Source of the DNA: an uncultured Acidobacteriota bacterium
Lineage (GTDB): Bacteria; Acidobacteriota; Thermoanaerobaculia; Multivoradales; UBA5704
Direction: 5' to 3'
Assembly (NCBI GenBank): GCA_963770895.1
Contig: CAVYRF010000002.1
Coordinates: forward strand, 3,808,001 to 3,872,000
Length of the DNA: 64,000 bases
The translations under genes and the position numbers were made by a program. The notes under the pieces were generated by a model. The model did no database searches. It had not been told where the DNA came from and was given only the letters and a program-made list of their open reading frames with translations. Below are positions 11,307 to 20,590 of this stretch, piece by piece (position 1 is the first letter of the stretch; every line of letters begins with the position of its first letter).

Positions 11307-12415
11307 GGGGTGCCGCGCAGCTTTGCCAGGATGGCGGCGGCGCCGTCCTTGTGCAGGGCCGCGATGCAGGTTGCGGCGGCTTCGGCGGCGCTGCCACCCA
11401 GGCCTTCGCCGCGTGCGACGTGGCGGCCGTCGGGGGTGGCGAGCAGGGCAGTCAGGCGGAGGAGCGCGCCTGCTGGCGCGGCTTCGCCGTGGCCGTTGGC
11501 AGCATGGGCGATGCCGGCCGCCGGGTGGGCAAGATCGCTGCGGTTGCCGCCGTGGTGAACCTTGCCATCGGTGCTCCCGATGCCAGCGTCGCTGGGTTCC
11601 CAGCGTGCCCAGGCGGCCAGGGGGAGGGAGCAGTCGCCGCCGAAAGCGGCCACGACGCGCCGTTCGGCGTCGGCGGCGGCGGCGGTCGGCGGGTGATCGA
11701 GGGCGCGGCAGAGGGCTTCGGCGCGGCCGCCGCGCAGCACTTCGACGGCCAGGATCCCTTGCGCCGGCGCGGGCAGCATGGCGTCGGGCGTGAGCGGGTG
11801 GGCGGGAAGGGTGGGAGCGTCGCCCATGGCTTCCAGCCTGCCCAGGCGCGCCAGGCCGGCGGCGGCGAGCACCACCCCTGCGGCGCTGCGCTCGCGCCAG
11901 CGCCGCAGGCGGGTATCGACGTTGCCGCGCACGCCTTCGACGTGCAGGTCGGGGCGCCGCAGCAGGAGCTGCGCCTGGCGGCGCAACGATCCGGTGAGCA
12001 CCAGGGCGGCCGGCGGCAGGCCGTCCAGGTCGGTTGCGACCTCGCTCACCAGCATGTCGCGGGGATCGGCGCGCGGCGGACAGGCCGCCAGGATCAGCGC
12101 CTCCGGCAGCGCGCCGGGAAGATCCTTCAGGCTGTGCACGGCCAGATCCAGGGAGCCGTTCAGCAAGCCGGCTTCCAGCTCCTGGGTGAACAGCCCCTTG
12201 CCGCCCAGCGCGGCCAGGTCTCCGGGCAGGCGGTCGCCGCGGGTCACGATCTCGACCAGCTCCACCCGCAGGCCCGGATGGGCGGCGACCAGTGCAGCGG
12301 CGACCTGGCGCGACTGCGCCACGGCCAGCGGGCTGGCGCGGGTGCCCAGGCGCAATGGCGGCAGCTCGTGCAGGGGGCCAACGCCACCCGCGCCGGTCCC
12401 GGCGGCGCCGGTCAA
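11303..12415 (-). CDS. hemC: Hydroxymethylbilane synthase (porphobilinogen deaminase)
   Basis: GTRASPLA, GKGLFTQELE, VHSLKD, SLRRQAQ, RGNVDTRL, GGDCSLP; TTG start at 12415 follows AGGAG. Confidence 0.93.
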   Translation of the reverse strand: MTGAAGTGAGGVGPLHELPPLRLGTRASPLAVAQSRQVAAALVAAHPGLRVELVEIVTRGDRLPGDLAALGGKGLFTQELEAGLLNGSLDLAVHSLKDLPGALPEALILAACPPRADPRDMLVSEVATDLDGLPPAALVLTGSLRRQAQLLLRRPDLHVEGVRGNVDTRLRRWRERSAAGVVLAAAGLARLGRLEAMGDAPTLPAHPLTPDAMLPAPAQGILAVEVLRGGRAEALCRALDHPPTAAAADAERRVVAAFGGDCSLPLAAWARWEPSDAGIGSTDGKVHHGGNRSDLAHPAAGIAHAANGHGEAAPAGALLRLTALLATPDGRHVARGEGLGGSAAEAAATCIAALHKDGAAAILAKLRGTP

Positions 12416-12612
12416 GCAGCGTCTCCTGTCATGCTGATAGCCTAGTGCATCCGCGGGTGGAAGGCGCTGGCGCGGAACCAGGCCAGCTGCTCGGGAGCGC
12501 GGGAGGCACTGGTGGCCTGTCCTGGAGAAATCGAAAGCGGATGGCGCCGCCATTCGGCGGCGCGGGCCAGGCGCGCCGACGCAGGCATAGCAGAGACTAT
12601 GTCGAGGAGGCG

Positions 12613-12685
12613 GCCGGGGCTGTCGCCTGTCCCGGCACTTCCGGCAGGTCGCAACGCCGCCCCCGCCGTCGAGGGCAAGCCAGGC
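12613..12685. repeat. ~74-bp dispersed direct repeat, copy 2
   Basis: Matches 10329-10402. Confidence 0.8.
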
Positions 12686-12864
12686 GCTTTCGATTCGAAC
12701 AGGACAGGCCACTACGGTTCGACGGGTTCCGCGAAGCAAGGGCGGCACGATGGGCAAGGTCGGTTGTGGGAAACAGAATCTGACGAATGGCACAGGCATG
12801 AGGCTAGCCGTAGCCGCGGGACGATGGTGGTGGGAAGGGTCGTGGGTGGTTGTGCAGGGTTGGC

Positions 12865-12880
12865 GGGCGCGGCGATTGCA
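12865..12880 (+). promoter_or_regulatory. Possible sigma-54 (-24/-12) promoter for dps
   Basis: GGGCGC-GGCGA-TTGCA has GG-N10-GC spacing, ~60 bp upstream of the dps ATG. Confidence 0.3.
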
Positions 12881-12942
12881 TTCGGCTGAATTGCATAGGA
12901 CGCTTGATTTTTCACACGCAACGGCACTGCCGGGGAGAAGCG

Positions 12943-13476
12943 ATGTACACGACGAAGAACGATTTGCCGGAAGGGAAGCGTGCCAAGGTGGTGGCGCTGC
13001 TCAATGAGCGTCTGGCGGACGCAATCGATCTGCAGACGCAGATGAAGCAGGCCCATTGGAACGTCAAGGGCCACACGTTCATCTCGCTGCACCTGCTGTT
13101 CGATCAGATCAACGAAGACGTCGAGGATTACGTGGACCTGATCGCCGAGCGGGCCGTGCAGCTGGGCGGCATCGCCAACGGCACGGCGCGCGAGGTGGCA
13201 AAGGCGTCGTCGCTGCCGGAATATCCTCACCAGATCGCCGACGGCCCCGAACATGTCGAGGCGGTTTCCAGCGCGCTGGCGGCGTTTGGCAAGGGGGTGC
13301 GGGCGGCGATCGACAAGTGCAACGATCTGGGCGACGCGGACGCGGCCGACATCTTCACCGAAGTGTCGCGCGGCACCGACAAGTGGCTGTGGTTCGTCGA
13401 GGCCCACCAGCAGGGCGCGTCGACGCGCTCCGCCGCCGCGCCGACGGGCCCGCGGCGGGCTCAGCGCTCGCGCTGA
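12943..13476 (+). CDS. dps: DNA starvation/stationary phase protection protein Dps
   Basis: KQAHWNVKG, LHLLFD, DLIAERAVQLGG, DKWLWFVEAH. Confidence 0.95.
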   Translation: MYTTKNDLPEGKRAKVVALLNERLADAIDLQTQMKQAHWNVKGHTFISLHLLFDQINEDVEDYVDLIAERAVQLGGIANGTAREVAKASSLPEYPHQIADGPEHVEAVSSALAAFGKGVRAAIDKCNDLGDADAADIFTEVSRGTDKWLWFVEAHQQGASTRSAAAPTGPRRAQRSR

Positions 13477-14975
13477 TCGGCGTCGGCGCCGGGCGCTGGG
13501 CGGACGTCCGGCCGATCTCGCCCTTCCGGCCTGTCGGTGGCATCTGGCTCGACCGGCTCGACCGGCTCAAGCGGTTGGGCGGGCTCGGCCGGTTCGACCT
13601 GCAGGCCGGCCGGTGTGAGGTCGCCGTCCAGATCCAGCTGGAATAGCTCGCGCACCAGGTCGAGGCGCGGCAGATCCTCGGCGCCGCCGTGGCCGCGCAG
13701 GCGGCTGCTGGGGTGGTGGAGGATCTTGCGCACGAGCGATCGCGTGAGGCGGTCCAGGTGCTCGTGCGAGCTGGCGGGAAAGTGGTGGAGCGCCTGGGCC
13801 AGCTCCTGGCGCCGGATCTGCTCGGCGCGCTTTTGCAGCTGGGCGATCAGCGGCTCGGCCTGCATGGCGCGGTACCAGCCGTGGAAGCGGTTGAGCTCCT
13901 GATCCAGGATCTCCTCGACGCGCGGCACCTCGTCCTTGCGGCGCCGCAGGTTGCGCTGGACCAGGTGATCGAGCGAATCGAGGGGGTGCAGAAAGACGTT
14001 TTCGATGCGTCCGGCCGCCGGCTCGACGTTGCGCGGCACGCTCAGATCGACGACCAGGAGCGGCCGGCCGCGGCGCGCGGCCATGGCGTCGGTGAGCTGC
14101 GTGCGGGTGAGGACGGGCTCTTCGGCGCCGGTCGAGACGACCACCAGGTCGGCGGCGGCCGTCGCCGTCAGCCGCTCGGCGAAGCCCAGGATCGCGGTGT
14201 GCGGAAACTCCTGCTGGAATTCGAGCGCCCGGCCGGCGTTGCGGTTGGCGACCGACAGGTGTTGTACGCCGCGCTCGCTCAGGCTGCGCGCGACGGAGCG
14301 GGCGATTTCGCCGGCGCCGATCATCAGCACGCGGCAGCCGTCGAGGTCGCGAAAGATGCTGCGCGCCAGCTCGACCACCGCGTAGCCGAAGGAGACCGCG
14401 CCCTGGGCGATGGCGGTCTCCTGGCGGGCGCGGCCGCCCGCGGTCAGGGCGCTGCGCAGGAGGCGGCGCAGCACCGGGCCGGTCGCCCCCACCGCATCGG
14501 CGAGCGCCGACGCCTGTTTGACCTGGCCCAGGATCTCGGGTTCGCCCAGGACCATCGATTCCAAGCCGCTGGCCACCGCCAGGAGATGGCGGGCGGCGGC
14601 GGCGTTGCGCTTGACGTAGAGGCTGCCCGGGCGCTCCAGCTCTGGCGCGCGCGCCAGGAAGACCAGGTCGAGGGCGGCCTGGTAGGCCTCTTCTTCGTCG
14701 CGCGGCTGGATCACCACCTCGGTGCGGTTGCAGGTGGACAGCAGCAGCGCCTCGGCGACGCCGGCGCGCGCCAGCAGGTGGACCAGCTTTTGCGCCGTCT
14801 CGTCGTCGCCGTAGGCCACGCGCTCGCGCAGGTCCAGGGCGGCACCGTGATGGTCGAGGCCGAGCAGCAGCAGGCTGGGGCCCGCGCCGCCGCCGGCGCC
14901 CGCCGTCGCGCCGTTGCCGCCGGCGGGGGGGGCAAGGGGCGAGGGCGGCGGTGCGCCGGCGGCGGGGTCGGACAT
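13461..14975 (-). CDS. hemA: Glutamyl-tRNA reductase
   Basis: STCNRTE, SGLESMVLGEPEILGQ, GAGEIA, DLSVPRNVE; ATG at 14975. Confidence 0.95.
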   Translation of the reverse strand: MSDPAAGAPPPSPLAPPAGGNGATAGAGGGAGPSLLLLGLDHHGAALDLRERVAYGDDETAQKLVHLLARAGVAEALLLSTCNRTEVVIQPRDEEEAYQAALDLVFLARAPELERPGSLYVKRNAAAARHLLAVASGLESMVLGEPEILGQVKQASALADAVGATGPVLRRLLRSALTAGGRARQETAIAQGAVSFGYAVVELARSIFRDLDGCRVLMIGAGEIARSVARSLSERGVQHLSVANRNAGRALEFQQEFPHTAILGFAERLTATAAADLVVVSTGAEEPVLTRTQLTDAMAARRGRPLLVVDLSVPRNVEPAAGRIENVFLHPLDSLDHLVQRNLRRRKDEVPRVEEILDQELNRFHGWYRAMQAEPLIAQLQKRAEQIRRQELAQALHHFPASSHEHLDRLTRSLVRKILHHPSSRLRGHGGAEDLPRLDLVRELFQLDLDGDLTPAGLQVEPAEPAQPLEPVEPVEPDATDRPEGRDRPDVRPAPGADADQRER

Positions 14976-15016
14976 GGCTCTGGCGGCTCTAGGGGGGGCT
15001 CTGGTGGTGTGGCTCT

Positions 15017-15958
15017 CTAATTGAATCCGTGGAATCCAGTGAGGAAAAGGTTCACTGCCACCAGGGAAAAGAGGATCGTGGCGAGGCCCGCCAGGCTGGC
15101 GAGCGCCGTCTGGCGCCCCTGCCAGCGTCGCAGCCGGCGCAGCAGCAGCGCGATGCCGTAGATCGTCCAGGTGAGGAGCGTGGCCAGGATCTTGGGGTCG
15201 TGCAGCCAGTCGCCGGGGTACAGGCGCTCGGCCCACAGGGCGCCGGTGGCGAGGGCGACGGTCAACCACGCGAAGCCCGCCGCCAGCGAGATCGCCATCA
15301 TCCGTTCGAGCACCGCGAGCGGCGGGAGCTTGCCGAAGAAGGTCGAGAAGCGCCCCGCCTTGAGGTCGCGGTAGAGCTGCAGATAGAGGAAGGCGTAGGC
15401 CGCGGCGACGGTGAAGGCGGCGTAGCCGAGCAGAGCGGCCGACACGTGCAGGGCAAAGAACGGCTCGTGGAAGATGGCACGGTCGGGCACCTCGGGGCGC
15501 GCCAGGATCGAGGCCAGCAGCTGGAAGAAAAACGCCAGCGAGGCGAGCCAGAAGCCGGTGCTGCGTTCGCGGCCGTGCCATTCCACGAAGGCGTACACCA
15601 GGGCGACCGCGAAGGCGAGCATCGACAGCGCCTGCGATTCGGTGGCGGCCGGGAACTGCCGCCAGCGGGCGGTCAGCGCCAGCAGGTAGGCAAAATGCAG
15701 CACCAGGGTGACGCGCAGGGCCGGCGTCGCCCCGCGGCGCGCCCGAAGGGCGCCGGCCGAACCGGCGGCGGCAAAGAAGGCGAAGCCATAGTCGACGGCC
15801 ACCAGCAGGTAGGCCAGGGGCAGGACGATGACCGCGGCGCGAAACAGGGGCTGGACCACGCTCCATGCTAGCACCTTCTTGCCGCGGGCCTCACCATCTG
15901 CTAGTGTCCACGACCCGGCCGCGGCCATGTGCGGGATCGGGTCCCTCCTGTTGGACAT
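15017..15958 (-). CDS. Cytochrome c assembly protein (CcsA/HemX-like)
   Basis: Multi-TM; FALHVSAALLGY, KLPPLAVLERM, DPKILATLLTW; typical position upstream of hemA; start uncertain. Confidence 0.85.
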   Translation of the reverse strand: MSNRRDPIPHMAAAGSWTLADGEARGKKVLAWSVVQPLFRAAVIVLPLAYLLVAVDYGFAFFAAAGSAGALRARRGATPALRVTLVLHFAYLLALTARWRQFPAATESQALSMLAFAVALVYAFVEWHGRERSTGFWLASLAFFFQLLASILARPEVPDRAIFHEPFFALHVSAALLGYAAFTVAAAYAFLYLQLYRDLKAGRFSTFFGKLPPLAVLERMMAISLAAGFAWLTVALATGALWAERLYPGDWLHDPKILATLLTWTIYGIALLLRRLRRWQGRQTALASLAGLATILFSLVAVNLFLTGFHGFN

Positions 15959-16014
15959 CTCCGCGAAAGCAACTCACCGGTAAGGCTCGGGTAGACGGGT
16001 AGAAGAGAGCGCCA

Positions 16015-17376
16015 ATGGCCAACGTCATCATCGTCGGGATGCAGTGGGGAGACGAGGGCAAGGGGAAGATCGTCGATCTCCTTTGCCCGGCGTTCGACGG
16101 AGTGGTGCGCTACCAGGGAGGGCACAACGCCGGCCACACGGTGCGCTTCCGGGACCGCCACTTCTCGTTGCGGCTGATCCCCTCGGGCATCCTGCACGCC
16201 GACATGGTGTGCGTCATGGGCAACGGCATGGTCATCGCGCCCGACGCCTTTCTGGAAGAGCTTGAACAGCTGTCGGCTTCCGGAGTGCGGGTGGACGACC
16301 GGCTGTTCGTCTCCAACCGCGCGCACGTGCTGCTCCCCTTCCACGCCGCGGTGGACCGTGCGCGCGAGGAGGCGGGTGGGCGCAACCGCATCGGCACCAC
16401 CGCCCGCGGCATCGGTCCGGCCTACGAAAGCAAGGCGTCGCGCTACGGCCTGCGCACCTGCGACCTGGATGCTCCCGACGTCGAGGAGCGGCTGCGGCTG
16501 CTGCGCCAGCGGGCGGAGATGGAGCTGGCGGCGCTGGGTGCCGAGCCGCTGGATGCGGCCGGCGCGGGCGGCGAGGGCGGTCAGGACGCGAACGTCGACG
16601 TCGAGCGGTGCCACGGCTGGGCCGAGCGCCTGCGGCCGCACCTGCGCGACACCGAGCAGCTCCTCAATGCCTGGATCACCCAAGGGAAGTCGCTGCTGTT
16701 CGAGGGCGCGCAGGGGACGCTGCTCGACCTGGACCACGGCACCTATCCTTTCGTCACCAGCTCCAGCTCGACGGCGGGCGGCGCCTGCACCGGCACCGGC
16801 GTGCCGCCGACCCGCATCGACGGGGCGATCGGCGTGCTCAAGGCCTACACCACCCGCGTCGGCGGCGGGCCGTTCCCCGGCGAGCTGGTGGACGCGCGCG
16901 GCGACTTCCTGCGCCAGCGCGGCAACGAATACGGCACGGTCACCGGGCGGCCGCGGCGCTGCGGCTGGCTGGACATGGTGGTGGCGCGGTACGCGCGGCT
17001 GCTCAACGGCATCGACACCGTGGCGCTGACCAAGCTGGACGTGCTGGACGACTTCGACGAGATCCCGGTGTGCATCGGCTACCGCCGCGGTGGGCAGGTG
17101 CTGCGCGACCTGCCGCCCGACCGGCACTCGCTGGAAACCGTGGAGCCGGTGCTGCGCACCTTCAAGGGCTGGAAGTGCTCGACCGCCGGCATTCTGGACG
17201 AATCGCAGCTGCCGCCGGCGGCGCGCGACTACGTCGACTTCATCGAGCAGGAGCTGGCCGCCCCCGTGTCGTTGGTCTCAACCGGCCCACGCCGCGAAGA
17301 GACCCTGCTGCGCGACCACCCCGTCCTGCACCGCCTCACCTCCGGCCACCTGGGCCGCGTTCTGGATCAACGGTAG
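16015..17376 (+). CDS. purA: Adenylosuccinate synthase
   Basis: QWGDEGKGK, GGHNAGHT, EGAQG, GTYPFVTSS, EYGTVTGRPRRCGW, TKLDVLD. Confidence 0.97.
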   Translation: MANVIIVGMQWGDEGKGKIVDLLCPAFDGVVRYQGGHNAGHTVRFRDRHFSLRLIPSGILHADMVCVMGNGMVIAPDAFLEELEQLSASGVRVDDRLFVSNRAHVLLPFHAAVDRAREEAGGRNRIGTTARGIGPAYESKASRYGLRTCDLDAPDVEERLRLLRQRAEMELAALGAEPLDAAGAGGEGGQDANVDVERCHGWAERLRPHLRDTEQLLNAWITQGKSLLFEGAQGTLLDLDHGTYPFVTSSSSTAGGACTGTGVPPTRIDGAIGVLKAYTTRVGGGPFPGELVDARGDFLRQRGNEYGTVTGRPRRCGWLDMVVARYARLLNGIDTVALTKLDVLDDFDEIPVCIGYRRGGQVLRDLPPDRHSLETVEPVLRTFKGWKCSTAGILDESQLPPAARDYVDFIEQELAAPVSLVSTGPRREETLLRDHPVLHRLTSGHLGRVLDQR

Positions 17377-17465
17377 CGCCGCCTGGGCTGGCGGCGGCCC
17401 GCGGGGCCCGCGCGGCGGCGCGTGCGGTGGGGCGCGGCGGCGCGTGCACGTGGCGTGTCGCCGGC

Positions 17466-17924
17466 CTAAGCGGTCGCCGCCGCGGCGGCCATGTCCGCCG
17501 CGCTGGGGAACCGGCGCTGCAGGATGTCCTGGCCGCGATGCAGGAAGCAGGTGTCGATCTGTTTGGGCTCGAACCACTGCTTCACGAACTCCACCACGCC
17601 CTCTTCGCTGAACGGCTTGCAGGAATACACGTCGATGCTGACGAAGCGGTGCGTCGCCGAAGTGTGGATCTGGATGCCGCTTTCGTGGATCGGCACCCAG
17701 CCGCTATAGCCCGGCTTGCCGGGGTACGCATTCTCGTTGGTCCTGAAGATGTAGGGTTGCGTCTGCTTGGCCACCTGCAGCAGCACGCAGATCTTGTCGA
17801 GAAACTCATAGCCCCGTTCAAGGTCGCAGCACACCTCTTCGTCGCAGCCGAAACAGTCGAGCACCAGCTGGAACCCCCAAGGGGCCTGGCGGACCTGGCC
17901 ATGCGCGGAAAGCTTGTCCCTCAT
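17466..17924 (-). CDS. S-adenosylmethionine decarboxylase-family proenzyme
   Basis: G.QLVLDCFGC, IHES|GIQIHT self-cleavage motif, IDVYSCKPF, terminal HRG. Confidence 0.8.
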   Translation of the reverse strand: MRDKLSAHGQVRQAPWGFQLVLDCFGCDEEVCCDLERGYEFLDKICVLLQVAKQTQPYIFRTNENAYPGKPGYSGWVPIHESGIQIHTSATHRFVSIDVYSCKPFSEEGVVEFVKQWFEPKQIDTCFLHRGQDILQRRFPSAADMAAAAATA

Positions 17925-18147
17925 AGTGACCGTCCTCTGCGTTGAGTTTATCTCAACTTATTTAAGCATGGATATGGAGATGCCGCAAGGGCGGGAGCGA
18001 TGGGGTGGCGGGGTACTGCCCTGGGGACAGTCCCGGCGGTGGCAAACGCTGCTGCTGGCCCGGCTCCGGGCGTGCCGAGCACCCAGGCCTGCGTCAGCCC
18101 TTGACACCCACCCGCGCCAGGGTGCCTCCAGATATACTCGCCGCCGT

Positions 18148-18223
18148 GGGCCGTTAGCTCAGTTGGTAGAGCAGCGGACTTTTAATCCGCGGGTCCAGAG
18201 TTCGAGTCTCTGACGGCCCACCA
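18148..18223 (+). tRNA. tRNA-Lys (anticodon TTT)
   Basis: 76-nt cloverleaf; D-arm AGCTCAGTTGGTAGAGC; anticodon stem GCGGA/TCCGC with loop CTTTTAA; GTTCGAGTC T-loop; encoded CCA. Confidence 0.97.
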
Positions 18224-18227
18224 ATGG

Positions 18228-18240
18228 AATCAGATACTTA
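18228..18240 (+). promoter_or_regulatory. IHF-consensus site at the island left end
   Basis: AATCAGATACTTA fits WATCARNNNNTTR; lies between the tRNA 3' end and the integrase. Confidence 0.45.
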
Positions 18241-19348
18241 CGAGCCGCCAATTGCGGCTCGCTTGCTTTTAGTAGTCGCCGTGGTCCAGAACTGGTCCCA
18301 TGGCCAGCGTACAGCGACGGGTCGGTAGTGATGGGGCAGTTACTTGGCGGGTGCGTGTCCGCGTTGCAGGGCATCCGATCCAGACCCAATCCTTTCGGCG
18401 CAAGACCGATGCTGGCGAGTGGGCCGTGCGGACAGAAGCAGCCCTGCGGGACGGCAAGCACCTAATGGGCCGCGAGGCGAAGCGCAGGACCGTGAGCAAC
18501 CTCATCGCTCGATACCGGCTCGATGTGATCCCGGCTTACGGCGCGCGCGAGCAAGGTCAACGCCTCGGTAAGCTGGCCTGGTGGGAGAGCCAGGTCGGCA
18601 ACCTGCTCGTTAGCGATTTGACCGCGGCGAGGGTTATCGAATGCCGGGCTAGGCTTGCCCGCGGCGAAGGTCCAAGCGGAAAGCCTGCGTCGCCGGCGAC
18701 GCAGGCTCGGTACCTTGCTGCCCTGAAGCACGTCTTCTCGATAGCGCGCGACGAGTGGGAGTGGACCACCGACAACCCGATGGCTCGGGTGCGAGCTCCG
18801 AAGGAGCCGCGCGGGCGGGTTCGGTTCCTTTCTGAGGACGAACGTACCTGCCTCCTGGCGGCGTGCAGGTCGAGCGATAATCGGCGGCTCTACCCTCTCG
18901 TTCTCTTAGCGCTGAGCACCGGAGCAAGACAAGGCGAGCTCTTGGCGCTGCGCTGGCCGGACATCGACTTCGCGCTCTGCCAGGCGACGGTCCAGGAGTC
19001 AAAAAACGACGAACGCCGCGCCCTGGCCTTGAGCGATGGTGCCCTAGCTAGTAGTACTTCGCGAGCTGCGCCAGGTACGCCCGATCCACAGCGACTTGGT
19101 TTTTGCCACCAGGTCGGGCGATGCCACGGTGCCAAGGAAGGCGTGGGAGGCGGCGCTCCGCAAGGCTAAGGTTGAGGACTTTCACTTCCACGACCTTAGG
19201 CATTATCCCGAGCGCCGGATTATCCCGAGTTGGCCGCCAATCCAGCGCACCAGCGCGCACACTTGGGACTTGCAGCCTATGATGTACGCGGGATAATCCT
19301 GGTCCAATCTCCTCCCATCCGGCAGAGTGCCGGGCAAGGAGGAGATAC

Positions 19349-20590
19349 ATGCTGGAAGATTTCTTCGACGTACCTGCCGCCGCACAGCCACTTCGGTCCT
19401 GCGTTTTCGGCGGTCACCTCGACGGGTTCTGCGCGAGGCTCCTTGGCCTCGGCTACCAGCGCGTCACGATCCGGCAAAAGCTGTTGGTCGTGCGCGATCT
19501 GGCACGCTGGGTGAGTGCGAACCACTTGGCCGTGGGCGATCTTGACGAGGGGCGGATTCACCAGTTCCTCGACACGCGGCGCCGCCGTGGCCGCACTTAT
19601 CGCGGCTTCCGGTCCACAGCGCTGCTCCTGCTCGAGCAGCTCCGCAGCGCCGGCGCTGTTCCGATGCCAAAATTGGTCCTCGACGAGTCGCCTGTCGCCG
19701 CTCTCCTGACGCGCTATGAGGGGTACTTGGGACGGGAGCGGGCGCTCGAAGAGTGCACGATTGCGGGCTACCAGCGGTTCGTGCGCTTGTTCGTCATCGA
19801 ACGCCTCGGTGGTGGTACTCGGCCCGATTCTCTGCGCCCTGGCGATGTCCGCGAGTTCCTCCTCAGTCGAGTTGGCTGCATGAAGCCTCAGGTGGCGCAG
19901 TTCATGGGTACTGCACTGCGTTCGTTCTTGCGCTTCCTGTTCCTGAACGGTGAGACCGGCACCGACCTCGCTCCTGCGGTCCCGACCGTGCGTCGATGGC
20001 GAATGTCGAGCGTGCCCCGGCATCTCCCTGCGCGAGACGTGGAGCGGCTGCTGCGTGCGTGTGACTCGTCGTCCGCCACGGGACGTCGAGACCACGCGAT
20101 TCTCTTGCTTCTTGCCCGACTCGGCCTTCGCGCCAGCGAGGTTGTGGCGCTCGAACTCGGCGATCTGCACTGGCGCGAGGGTGAGATCGTCGTTCGCGGA
20201 AAAGGCCTCGTCCACGACCGCCTACCACTTCTCCCCGATGTCGGAGAGGCGCTCGCTCTCTACCTGAAGAAGGACCGACAGCCTGGCAGTTCTCGTCGCG
20301 TCTTTCTCTGCAGGCGGGCGCCACACCGCGGGCTCGCTCATCCCTCCACCGTCTCGACGATCGTCGCACGTGCGCTCGTCCGGGCGGGACTCCAGCCCGC
20401 GACCCGCGGTGCCCACCTGCTTCGCCACAGCTTGGCCACCACCATGGTGCGGCGGGGTGCCTCTCTTTCCGAGATCGGGCAGGTGCTCCGCCACCGCTCG
20501 CCCAGCTCGACGGAGATCTACGCCAAACTCGACTTCGGCGCCCTGCGCGACGTGGCGATGCCCTGGCCAACGGCCAGAGGTGCGCGATGA
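19349..20590 (+). CDS. ritA: RIT tyrosine recombinase A
   Basis: RLGLRASEV, VRGKG, HLLRHSLAT, LRHRSPSSTEIYAK; AAGGAGG RBS. Confidence 0.9.
   Translation: MLEDFFDVPAAAQPLRSCVFGGHLDGFCARLLGLGYQRVTIRQKLLVVRDLARWVSANHLAVGDLDEGRIHQFLDTRRRRGRTYRGFRSTALLLLEQLRSAGAVPMPKLVLDESPVAALLTRYEGYLGRERALEECTIAGYQRFVRLFVIERLGGGTRPDSLRPGDVREFLLSRVGCMKPQVAQFMGTALRSFLRFLFLNGETGTDLAPAVPTVRRWRMSSVPRHLPARDVERLLRACDSSSATGRRDHAILLLLARLGLRASEVVALELGDLHWREGEIVVRGKGLVHDRLPLLPDVGEALALYLKKDRQPGSSRRVFLCRRAPHRGLAHPSTVSTIVARALVRAGLQPATRGAHLLRHSLATTMVRRGASLSEIGQVLRHRSPSSTEIYAKLDFGALRDVAMPWPTARGAR

Noticed and set aside
13461-15866. 801-aa HemA and 498-aa HemC ORFs
   Set aside because: The upstream parts are Arg/Pro-rich GC artefacts; starts were reassigned to 14975 and 12415.
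18101-18138. TTGACA..TATACT promoter for the tRNA
   Set aside because: The spacing is 26 bp, too long for sigma-70.
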